41,292 nucleotides of DNA from contig NC_068987.1 in the NCBI RefSeq assembly GCF_001194135.2, positions 103,307,175 to 103,348,466 on the forward strand, written 5' to 3'. The notes under the pieces are model-generated. The model worked only from the letters and a program-made list of their open reading frames with translations, searched no databases and was not told the DNA's origin. Numbering within the stretch: position 1 is the stretch's first letter; the number at the start of each line of letters is the position of its first letter. Positions 12,799 through 23,911 of this stretch are shown here, piece after piece. Source of the DNA: Octopus bimaculoides (lineage: Eukaryota). The position numbers were made by a program, and so were the translations under genes.

Positions 12799-12877
12799 TG
12801 TCAAGAGATTTTCTCAGTTGATCAAGCGTACTACATGGAAATGTTTGTACGCTTGAACATGTGAAAATCTCTTCACA
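12799..12877. ncRNA. Candidate pre-miRNA-like hairpin
   Basis: AAGAGATTTTC (12803-12813) pairs with 12863-12873; TCAAGCGTAC (12822-12831) pairs with 12847-12856; ACAT/ATGT closes a GGAA loop; TGT/ACA extends the base. Confidence 0.3.
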
Positions 12878-13299
12878 TGAAACCTTTGGCTGCCATGTTT
12901 AACCACGAATAAAGAATAATCTATCCACCAATGCGGTGTTGAGCACTCACTCTCACTGTTCGATATTAGCGTATATATAATACATGCATATATTGTAGGT
13001 GCTATTTTGGACCCTTATTTATGAATTTGCCCCCTTGGTTTTAATTGCTATAACCACCTATATTATAGTGTATTAATATATCATAATATATTAATATACT
13101 ATTAGAATATCTTATTGTATTTTTATATATATACATACATTTATGCGTATATGCATATAAATGAACTGTCGACAACGTTGTCGTTGCTTCTTGTTGTCTC
13201 TTTGGATACGGTACAGATATTGTATTGAGTCGTGCACCAGACGTTACCAATACTGGAAAGTGGATTCGAGTAACTCAGCAACCGAGTCAGCCCGTGAAC

Positions 13300-13745
13300 A
13301 TGCATGCCGTCTCTTGACCTTATAGAAATAGCAGTCTAAACTATTTCAAATCACACTGTAACGTCTTCATAAAAGTATACGGTGGTTAACGTGACCCTGG
13401 AGAACATACTCATGGGTAAAATGAATGGTGGTCGTATTTAGGATAGTAGTCGCATTTCGGTCAGTTCAGTTAGGCTTATCTTCAGCCAAATCAATAACAT
13501 TAACGATGGGGGCTTAAAACTTACTAACCAATTAAGGAGTCAACTCAATCGCTTGACCTGCAAGAAATAACAACTAAATTCTCTTCATATCACGCTCTGT
13601 TGCTTTAAAAATGGGGGAATATATTGAGCAATGTAGTTTTTTATGCACATTGTCTGTAGAAACAGTTACGAGATGGTCACGACTGGAACATATTTGATTA
13701 TGATTATAGATTTAGCTGATGAGGACTGATCAAGGATATGACTTT
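13300..13745. repeat. Two diverged copies of an interspersed repeat (E)
   Basis: TGACCTTATAGAAATAGCAGTCTAAACTATTTCAAATCACAC (about 13315) resembles TGACCTGCAAGAAATAACAACTAAATTCTCTTCATATCACGC (about 13556). Confidence 0.45.
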
Positions 13746-14149
13746 AAAATGCAGGCAGGAATGGAACCCTGATTCAGGAGTTTCAGCGTTTTTGAGGAAT
13801 GTGGAACCATTTCTTAGCTACAATTCTACCTAGGCCTACTCTGACCCGAAGTTGTAGCACCTATGAAAGTTCCAAATATGGGTTAAATAATATGTAATCA
13901 CCCGATCAAGAGTAGATTGAAGTCATGTGATGCAACATGGTGGATCTGAAGTATTTCGGTAAATGAATCTCATTGGATCAATGGCGAATTTTTCTAGATA
14001 CTAATCGGTTGAACATAGAACAAACCGTCAACGGTTACATGTCAATCAGTCAATGTTTTGCTGGCTCGATATGTCTGCAATGGATGGGTCGCCCGATCAG
14101 ATGATAATGATGGTGCTAAAATGTAATAAAGCCAACACAGCGCGAAAGC

Positions 14150-14439
14150 AACAAGCGATCTTCTAGTTGATCAATTGTCCTGATCGAAGAGCATCAAAAA
14201 TACCTACCCTACGGTAGTGAAAAGTGTAAGACAAATTAAATATTGTAGTTCGAGATGCACAGGTCAAATGATGGGGTGGCCATGACTGGAACATCTTTGA
14301 CCATACGTTTGTTTCATCAATAACAACTACAATTTCATTAATATTCTCACATCTTTTTTTCATTCGTACCCCTTTTCATTCTTGCAATAATATAAATGCA
14401 ACCATATTTGCTTTCTCGGGTGCTGTCTTTTTCCGGCAG
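14150..14439 (+). mobile_element. Possible right terminus of a Tc1/mariner-type element
   Basis: Ends ...GGCAGACCCTGTA, like the CAAGACCCTGTA end at 28197, and has a GG.GGCCAT...GAACATCTT segment reminiscent of the GGHFEHLL transposase end. No left TIR found. Confidence 0.2.
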
Positions 14440-14536
14440 ACCCTGTATTTCCAAGAATAATCCGTTCCACCAGTTTTTTAATCCTTCAAATCTTGCAGTG
14501 TCCTTCCCCCAAAAGACCTACCTTCAAACAATTTTA

Positions 14537-14860
14537 TTCCCACAAAACTTTTTCCATAACCCCACAACTTTTCTATTTCCACAGCAAAATGTGTTCTTTC
14601 TTCCCACAACTCTTGCGTTCTTCCTACAACTCTGTTTCTTCACATAACTTTTCCTCTCTCACCCGCATCACTGTCATTCTTCCCACAACTCTTCACCTCT
14701 CCTAACAACTCTTTCTTCCCACAACATTTTCGTCCCCCAACTCTTCTTTTTTCCCACAATTCAGAAGTTCTTCATTTGCCGCTCGTTCTCTACAATTTTT
14801 TTCCATTCATCCGCAAAATTTTGCAGCAGCTGCATCATTCCTGATAATACACCACTTTCC
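14537..14860. repeat. Degenerate TTCCCACAACT-core tandem repeat
   Basis: Exact TTCCCACA at 14537, 14601, 14680, 14716 and 14751, with several variant cores (CCTACAACT, CCCCACAACT, TTCCACAAT) at irregular spacing. Confidence 0.7.
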
Positions 14861-14897
14861 ACAATACCTTTCATCAAAGTCTTTTTAATTCCTACAG

Positions 14898-14975
14898 TTC
14901 TTCTAATGGTCCAGACCAATTCTGTGCCTGTAATCTCTGTTACAAGCCCATACTCTCGATCCTTACTGTCTTCAG
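14898..14975 (+). other. Candidate 78-nt internal exon
   Basis: Acceptor TCTTTTTAATTCCTACAG| and donor CAG|GTAACT; length divisible by 3; two frames open (SSNGPDQFCACNLCYKPILSILTVF; LLMVQTNSVPVISVTSPYSRSLLSS). No homology recognised. Confidence 0.25.
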
Positions 14976-15049
14976 GTAACTTGTTTATTATCGCATCGTT
15001 TTAATTCTTTCCATTATCGCCTTAACTAGTTTATATCAGTCTTCCACTT

Positions 15050-15139
15050 CTCTTTCTCTTACACACTTTCTCTCTCCCTCTCCATATCTCTCTCTCTCCA
15101 TCCTCTTCTCTGTCTATCTATCTATCTATCTATCTCTCG

Positions 15140-15201
<62 letters not shown>

Positions 15202-15240
15202 CTCGCTCTCTCTCTCTATCTATCTATCTATATATCTATT
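15050..15240. repeat. (CT)n/(CTAT)n microsatellite
   Basis: Direct reading. Confidence 0.93.
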
Positions 15241-16394
15241 TCTTACGTTTTTTTCGCCGCATCTTCTGTTCACTTTTCTGTTCCATCTTCGACTCCTTTA
15301 CTTCTGTTTTTTTTTTTTTTTCAATATCTATTTTATGTTTTCCAACCGAATTGATGATTTTTTTTCTTCCATTATTTCCCTAATCTCCTTTTCCTTTTCG
15401 TTTCTTTCCCCCGCTCTCCCGATCACCATATTTTATTCCTCCTTCGTCGCCCTATTTACCTCCTTTAATTTCTTTTCTCTCCTTCTCCTCATCCCTCTCC
15501 TCCTCCTTATTCTTCTATCCATGAATTTGACTTTCCAAATCCTTCTTACTTCGCTTTCTTCTTCCCCCATCCCCCACATTCCGTTTTTCTTTCCCTTTTA
15601 TCTTTTAATTTTTCTCCTATTTCTTTAAATGCCGTCCTTATCTCCTTTCTTTATCCAATCCATTTCTCCCCTCCTCCTCTTTCTCCCTTATTCAGGTTTC
15701 CTTCCTTGTTTTTCACAATCTCCCATTTTTTATATTTAATTCCGCCTAACCTTCTTTCCCTGTCCCCTACCATTTGCATATTCTCTATAAATTTACTCTG
15801 AAGGACGTTCCAACCTTCTCTTTCCCATCATTTATCCATTCCTTATCCCTACTTCATGCACAGATGCATATACTCATGAACATACACACATGCATAAATA
15901 TATGCGCGCATTTATGAAAGATGCATACATAAATAAATGATTATACATCACATCTCTGTACGTAAATACAAACCTATCATATTGCACACCAATATATATA
16001 CCTATATGCATGCATATANNNNNNNNNNNNNNNNNNNNNNNNNNNNNNNNNNNNNNNNNNNNNNNNNNNNNNNNNNNNNNNNNNNNNNNNNNNNNNNNNN
16101 NNNNNNNNNNNNNNNNNNNNNNNNNNNNNNNNNNNNNNNNNNNNNNNNNNNNNNNNNNNNNNNNNNNNNNNNNNATACACATGTCACACAACTCGTAATC
16201 AGACATATAAAATACAAACCTATCATATTGCACACCAATATATATACCTATATGCATGCATATATATATATATACGCATATACATACATAAATACATACA
16301 TACATACAAAGCCACATACACAGATACATATATACATATAGAGAAATAAACACACACCAAAAAGGATCATGTGTCCATAACGCTGGTTTACCGG

Positions 16395-16575
16395 ATTCTA
16401 AGGGGTGTATATCCTTCCCCTGGACGGGACTCTAATCAGTCGCTGCAGTACTCATCTTTGCCAGCTGGAGCAACGTTAAATGAAGTGTTTTGCTCGAGTA
16501 CACAACATCATCGCACGGCACAGGAATGGCAACCATAATCTTACGATTATGAACGCAACACTAATCGCTAATCCA
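16395..16575 (-). mobile_element. Type-B tRNA-derived SINE, degenerate
   Basis: CTCATCTTTGCCAGCTGGAGCAACGTTAAATGAAGTGTTTTGCTCGAGTACAC is the reverse of the central domain of the copies at 21824 and 39159. Confidence 0.7.
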
Positions 16576-16590
16576 CATCTCCACACATAC

Positions 16591-16624
<34 letters not shown>

Positions 16625-17037
16625 CGGTGTTTGTATATGAGTTTATAAGTGTATGTATGCCCATACGTTATAAAAACACTATGATACTATTTCAAAGACA
16701 TAAACACACCCACATTATTCACATGCATATTAACACATTAACTAACATACACTCCAAATACATGCTTTCGCAGGCTCGTAGGCAGACAAGGCCAAACTGC
16801 GTATATTTACAATAATACGCACATCCATACGCATTTACACGTTTGTCACTTGTTACACGCTGCACAAACACACAAACACACATAAACACACTTGTAGTTT
16901 ATCTTACATATGGACATACGCTACGTAGGTGCGGAAATATATGCATACATGTACAACACGACAACACAACCATACAGACCTACGTAAAAGCGCATACAAC
17001 TACACATAGAGATCCCACTCATGTAACACGCCAGACG

Positions 17038-17217
17038 TTTCAAATTTTGTTATACGGCCAGCAATTTTGGGGGCAGGGTAGGTCGATATTATCGACAGAG
17101 TGTTCAACTGGTATTTATATCATAGGACCCGAAAGAATGAAAGGCAATGCCAGAATTTGAACTCAGAAAGTAAAGAGACGACATGCTGGTGTGCTAACGG
17201 TTCTGCCAGCTCTCAGC
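17038..17217 (-). mobile_element. Type-A SINE (tandem pair, copy 1)
   Basis: GAAAGAATGAAAGGCAA...GAATTTGAACTCAGAA...TGCTAACGGTTCTGCCAGCTC. Confidence 0.85.
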
Positions 17218-17226
17218 ACAAATAAT

Positions 17227-17439
17227 GGTTTCAAATTTTGGCTCCAGGCCGTCAATTTGTGGGATGGGAGTAAGTCGACTATATCGATCCTAGTGTTCAA
17301 CTAATACTTATTTTATCGACGCCGAAAAGATGAAAGGCAAAGTCAACCTCAACAGAGTTTGAACTCAGGACCTAATGACGAACCAACTGCCACTAAGCAG
17401 TTCGCCCAGCATGCTAACAATTCTGCCAGATCGCCTCTT
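17227..17439 (-). mobile_element. Type-A SINE (tandem pair, copy 2)
   Basis: GGTTTCAAATTTTGG tail, GAAAAGATGAAAGGCAAAGTCAACCTC, TTTGAACTCAG, TGCTAACAATTCTGCCAGATCGCCT head. Confidence 0.88.
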
Positions 17440-18108
17440 ATACGTACATAAATATTAACACATTAATTTCCTTATATGTACATACAAGCTAATGCACACA
17501 CACATACATAAATTCATATACACATGTATATATCGACACGTAAGTACACTGTACAGGCATGTACACACACACGTATATACACTAAATTATTGTACGCCTA
17601 CTTACATCACACGCAATATACTCAACTACATTCACTATCACACCCACCACATCTACTAATACAACACATCAAAAATCATACACAACACATACACACTCGC
17701 TTACACACACGTACAACTAAAAGCACACTAGTATCTGACACACGCAACATCTATTGCACTACATACACACACGCTATCACTTCAATCACACTCTACACAC
17801 ACCAGTGCATACACAAGCACTGCTCCACATCGTTGCGAACACACATACTCACACATATATATCTAAAATCACATCAACTTCCACCGCCCTATAAACATCC
17901 CCTACCACACTTTGACATATTTAACTACTCACACGGCCATTTATTTTATGTATGTATATATAGCTTTACGCCAAACCAAATAACCTTGTAAATGTTTGTT
18001 TATTTAAGTCACAGAGCAGCGTCATTATGGCCAAGACATATCTTAGCTTTGTCTGACTGCCCCCCCCCCCATCTTATTCACCTTGGCATCTCCTGTTTTA
18101 CTGTGACA

Positions 18109-18137
18109 CAAAATGGCCGACGCGTAATGAGGTATGT
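18109..18137 (+). promoter_or_regulatory. YY1-type motif followed by a splice-donor-like site
   Basis: CAAAATGGCCG (GCCATTTT core on reverse strand), ACGCGT, then GAG|GTATGT at 18132. Confidence 0.2.
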
Positions 18138-18424
18138 TTGATGGCTTTCCCAAACAACTGACCCCTTTCTCACGAAATTTAACCCCAATAATAGAAAAAA
18201 AAAAGTAACACATCGGCCAGCGTATATAGTGACCTAACGGCCTTATTTATAATAAGTGTATCCCGCATGATTTAGTGTAGATGTAGAGGTGTATATATTA
18301 GTATGTATATACAGGCGTATGTAGGTGCTATAAAAATGAATGTGTACAATATATACATATACATGTTTGTATATGTCTTTCCTTCTCTTTCTCTCTCTCT
18401 CTCAATCTCTGTCTTTCAGTCTCC

Positions 18425-18473
<49 letters not shown>

Positions 18474-18724
18474 TATGAATATATGCGCGCATATATGTGC
18501 GTATGTATAAATATATAATCATATATATATATATATACTATATACGTATAGTTACGTACGTACGTGTATGTACCCATGTGCATGCATGCAGGTGCGTGGA
18601 CATATATGTATATATATATGTATGCATATGTATATAAACACACGTATACATATATAAATACACGCATAAATACTTGCATACATATATAAATACACACATG
18701 CATAAATACATACATATCTATCTA

Positions 18725-18760
<36 letters not shown>

Positions 18761-18763
18761 CGT

Positions 18764-18799
<36 letters not shown>

Positions 18800-19959
18800 T
18801 TGTCAGTTTCAGCGAAATGAAGACTTGTGTGTGTGTACAAATATCTATGTTTCTGTATTTAGAAGTGTTTCTACATAGACATACGTAAGGGTGTCTATGC
18901 ATGTGTGCGTGTGTGCATGTGTTTGTGTATACTTGTCTATGCGTGCGTACATTTTTCTAAATCTGTATTAATGTAAAAATGTCTGTGCGCATATTAAGAC
19001 CTTTCTAAGGGTACATTGCGTTAGATGAGCAGACGTCTATGCGTAGGTATACGTATAAGTGCATACATCACGCGTCTGAAGGAGCTTACATGTATGAATC
19101 GAGAGATCTTTGTACCTATTTTTTTTCTATAGTTTGTGTTGAACTGTGATAAGTCTATCAATATATGTGTAGTTATACGTAAGTGTTCGTGTATATATTT
19201 GTGTCTACGTATATATACATTTCTGTGGATGTGTGTCTCTGTGCGTTTGTCTGTAAATGAGTGTACGTGTGTTTGCGTGGGTGTACATGTGTGTGTGTGT
19301 GTGTGCGTGTATGTGTGTGCACCTGCGTGCACTTGTGTGTGTCGGAGAATCTATTGAGGCACTCGGACATATTCTTCGAGTAGACTGAACGCTTGCGGAT
19401 GAAATTGGAGAGACGGAATTAGTGTACATTGGCGTCTGATGTACTACACGCGTAAATCAAAATGTCGCGTTGATTGTCTGTGAGCATTGCGTTATATATA
19501 TATACAAATATATGCGCATGTGTGCATCTCTGCGTGTGTGTGTGCGAGAAGTCTGAGTGATTCTACGTGTGTGTGTGTGTGCGTGTGTGTATGCGTGGGT
19601 GGGGATGAGTGTGTGGGGCGAAGCGTATAGTTAAGGTGTTTATTTCAAAATTGTGTTCTTTCAGGTATGTCGGTAGTGCATGAAACGTCATATAAAAGCT
19701 TTTTACCATATATTTGGGTTAACGAAAGCTCAGTAAATAAAACTTGGTTGATGGAAAATTGTAAAAGATCGGCGGAAGGACTAATTCAGCTCTTGGGGCG
19801 GGTAGACTTAATCGTTGCCATATATATAAGTGCCAACTGGTCCTAAAGTGCGCTTAATGAAATCCATTTTTCTGCAAAACATACTATTCGTCGGTAATTT
19901 CGATTTCAGCTTATCCCCACAAAATCTTTTTGCATCACATTTTACCACAACTGTATAGT

Positions 19960-20052
19960 TAGGTAGGTAGGTAGGTAGGTATATAGGTAGGTAGGTAGGT
20001 AGGTAGGTAGGTAGGTAGGTAGGTAGGTAGGTAGGTAGGTAGGTAGATAGAT

Positions 20053-20116
<64 letters not shown>
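19960..20116. repeat. (TAGG)n then (TAG)n microsatellites
   Basis: Direct reading. Confidence 0.97.
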
Positions 20117-20117
<1 letters not shown>

Positions 20118-20464
20118 TATGAGACTAGAGTTCAAACTAAACCCGGAGAAGGCGACGATGACACGAAATCGAATTCAGATATAAGGGTCAACTTAAAGTA
20201 TTTGCACAAGTTCACATGTTTTAGGGTAACAGCTTCTGCTCATCGTAAAAATCATTGAGGCCTTGCCTTCGAGAAAAGTCATCTCCTCTGAATATATATT
20301 ATTAAATGAATAAACAAAGAGTGTAATTTGAGGGTTTCCTGTATGGAACAACACCTATTTCAGGAAATTGTCAAGAAATCTATTTTTAAGTTAATTTTAG
20401 TTTATGATCGTAAAACACTTCACGTGTCGTGATATCTTCATTTGTGTGGAGAAATAAGTAGATG

Positions 20465-20684
20465 CAAGTATAAATATTTATATGGTGGGGATGTGCACAT
20501 GTGGCAACTGCCGCATAGCATGTTCTGCTTGTTTAGATGTTTACACCTCAGTAGCGACCTTTCGCACTTCATCTCCCTTCATTGAATCTTCAGCAGATGT
20601 CTTCTTCCAAATCATTGCAGTGGCATTGCATATTCAAGAATTAGAAAACTCTACATGCAGTTCCACATTGTCTCTCTTTAAAGG
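20465..20684 (-). pseudogene. Possible tyrosine-recombinase catalytic-domain relic (Crypton-like)
   Basis: One minus frame reads VEFSNS*ICNATAMIWKKTSAEDSMKGDEVRKVATEV*TSKQAEHAMRQLPHVHIPTI*IF. Its order resembles SSQI..AI..IWKK...RK.A.T.VH...LA.HM.H...TA.KYY of animal YR elements (from memory). Confidence 0.35.
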
Positions 20685-20743
20685 TTAGTTTCAAATGTAA
20701 ACGTGTCTACGGAATACACAGCTACATACACATTAACAGAATA

Positions 20744-20777
<34 letters not shown>

Positions 20778-21337
20778 NNNNNNNNNNNNNNNNNNNNNNN
20801 NNNNNNNNNNNNNNNNNNNNNNNNNNNNNNNNATATATATATATATATATATAGGAAGAATTCACAAAACAAAGCAGACGAAGACAAGTCGTGTAGAAAA
20901 CAAATAGATGTATTAGTATAACGCTCAGGAATTGAAAAAGGAGAGAAAAAATGTGTGTAGTGGTCAGTGATCTATCATGGCGAATATATACATATATGCA
21001 TGTCTGTATGAGTTAGAGGTTAAGTAACCATCTAAGGGATATTTAATATCCTATATACTACTGGATATGTAGCTGTGTATTTATAACCAAGTGCTTACTA
21101 TTGCATGGTAATATTGCAATTGAATACTAGGTATGGGTGGTGGTAAATTAGAAATTTACCCAGGATTCATAAGGCAAATAAGAAAATAGAGAGGATAAAT
21201 AATCGACACACATCAGCCAGTAAAGATTCAGTTATATGTATTTATTAATTAGTTACAAATATATGTGTAAGCGATTCGAGTAAATGAATGATATAAGCCA
21301 ATAGATACGTAAACAGATATATATATAGAAATAAATT

Positions 21338-21649
21338 AATAATAATAGATGAGTGTACAAATACTAAACTCTTACAGCCGTTTCTATAATAGCACCTTCT
21401 ATTTTTATTACATAATTTTTTTTTAATTCTATCTGACTCTATTATTTTAACTTGCTTTCCCACGTGTTAGTTTCCTAACATTTGGACTCTCTGATGAAAC
21501 CTTGGGGTTCAACCATCGTCCAATCCCTGTCCATTGTTTGTTCATCCCTGTATATCACTGACGTGATGAGGTTAACTTGTGAGATTTGGCAGCCTCATGG
21601 TAGAAACGGCTGTAAGAGTTTAGCAGTTGTACACTCATCTATTATTATT
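21338..21649. mobile_element. MITE-like or fold-back element with 49-bp inverted arms
   Basis: 21338-21386 is the reverse complement of 21601-21649 with 2 mismatches; 214-bp spacer. Confidence 0.5.
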
Positions 21650-21679
21650 CATTGGTATATATATATATATATATATGTT

Positions 21680-21725
<46 letters not shown>

Positions 21726-21823
21726 CGTGTGTGTGTGCGTGTGTGTGTGTGTGTACATATACAGGCATAATATTCTATATTATATGGTATGTATATAATA
21801 TTACGTCTATTGACACAAGGTGT

Positions 21824-22131
21824 GAAGGCGCATGGCTTAGTGGTTAGAGTGTCGGGCTCACAATCATGAGGTAGTAAACTCGATTCCTGCACCGGGTTGT
21901 GCGCTGTGTTCTTGAGCAAAACACTCTATTTCACGTCGCTCTAGTTCGTTCAGCTCTAGCAATAAGTTGTGACGTCACTGGTACCAACTGTGTGCCAGTG
22001 ACGTCACAACTTATTACCTTTCCCTTCGATAACATCGGTGACGTGGGGTGGGGAAACTGATACGCATTGTGCCTCGGAGAGTAACTCTTTGGATGCAATC
22101 TCATGATCATTCATGACTGCAGGGGATAACC
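21824..22131 (+). mobile_element. Type-B tRNA-derived SINE, near full length, containing a 21-bp perfect hairpin
   Basis: A box TGGCTTAGTGG (21833), B-box-like CTCGATTCC, central GTGTTCTTGAGCAAAACACT domain, and a 3' body ending GGGGATAACC. Confidence 0.88.
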
Positions 22132-22833
22132 TGGCATAAGGTATTAAATACATACCATTAATGCTCAAGTTGACTTGCAGCCTACACTTTAATTTAAACT
22201 GTAACTAAAATCGCGGAGATGTTATAACTACCTGAATAAGATTGGCTACAGTCAGCGTTTCACTTGAGCAGGTGCATGTATAATAGTATCATTATATAAA
22301 CAGGCAAACAATTGGTATCAGATCAGATTATGACTTGCATATACTGAAACATGAGGTTAGAATTTCAACAGTTGCATAGATGAACAGAGATCGAGAAAAG
22401 ACAATATAGGAATGTTATAGTATATGTTATTTTTCTCCCCGAATTATTGGTATTAGGTAAAGCTGGTCATCGTAGATACAATCCAAAGCTGGATGAGAAG
22501 AAAGGAGGAAGGAAAGCCGACTGTCTGTCACAGCTGCTTCAAGAATAGATATGCTGATAGTGTATCTCACATCAAACGATCGGCATCCAACATTTTATGT
22601 ATGTATAGATATAGACATACATGTAAAACGAGACATTGAATCTACCAAGACTAGTTTTATTTTCTTAGAATCATTTTTTTTTAATAAAGAAATAACATAC
22701 GTTTTGATATATATATGGAGAACTTTGGCCTAAAATTGTATTTATGCTGGTTCTCTAGACGGAGACAGATTATTTATACATTCATAAGTATATACATAGA
22801 GACAGACAGACAGACAGACAAGTACATAGAAAT

Positions 22834-22875
<42 letters not shown>

Positions 22876-22904
22876 CCGTGTGTGTTTGCGCGTGTGTATA
22901 TGTG

Positions 22905-22957
<53 letters not shown>

Positions 22958-23817
22958 GTATATATGTATGTATGTATATATATATANNNNNNNNNNNNNN
23001 NNNNNNNNNNNNNNNNNNNNNNNNNNNNNNNNNNNNNNNNNNNNNNNNNNNNNNNNNNNNNNNNNNNNNNNNNNNNNNNNNNNNNNNNNNNNNNNNNNNN
23101 NNNNNNNNNNNNNNNNNNNNNNNNNNNNNNNNNNNNNNNNNNATATATATATATATATAGCGAGAGAGAGACACGCACAGAGAGATTCATTAGTAAATTA
23201 TTGCGTGTTTCTGTCACACTTTGTAGTTGATCTTCAACACTAAATTGAACTGCAATTCACCTCTAACATCTTTTTGCAATGAAGTAAGGGCAATCTAGAA
23301 ATTAAATGATTGCCTTTGATACTGCTTTTCTTGAAATAATAGTCTAATTGTATATTATATATCCTACAGCGTGCGATGTGTATTTGGAAGGAGGTTTCTC
23401 ATCCGTGGAAAATATCTGATGTACTTTCATATTGTTATAGAACGTATAGGACAAATTTATGTACATTAAGATATTCTGTCGATACCATACGCCACTTTTC
23501 TTTTCGTTGCAGATAATTCCTATTTGATCAATACTCTTTCTGTCTTTCTCTCTTTCTCCCCTATCTCTCCGCCCCCTCTCACTCCTTTCTCTTTTTTCTC
23601 ACTGTCTCTCTTTCTCTCCATCTCTCACTCTCTCTCTCCCTCTCTCTCAAATAAACGGTTCTTGTTTATATACGTTTATATACATACCACAATATATAGG
23701 CTAGGCAATAATAACACTATTGTTATCCAACAGTAACACTATCATTTGATCTAATTAACTGTAATTAACTCTAATTATACACTGTAATGCCTATCCAGTA
23801 TGTCTTTGTCTATGTGT

Positions 23818-23911
<94 letters not shown>

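Noticed and set aside
13170-13183. 14-bp palindrome CGACAACGTTGTCG
   Set aside because: Short, isolated, and without supporting context.
15965-16263. About 54-bp identical sequence on both sides of the 16019-16174 gap
   Set aside because: Most likely an overlap or collapsed tandem repeat at a gap; cannot be interpreted without reads.
19667-19846. 59-codon ORF MSVVHETSY... after the 19664 acceptor
   Set aside because: No recognisable homology; this length is expected by chance.
21484-21525. CTGATGA-AACC-TTGG-GGTT hammerhead-like start
   Set aside because: The required GAAA is absent (CAAC) and stems I/III do not fit hammerhead topology.
21824-21900. tRNA genes at SINE heads (also 12359, 38617, 39420-39491)
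   Set aside because: A/B boxes are present but there is no complete cloverleaf, and each runs into a SINE body.
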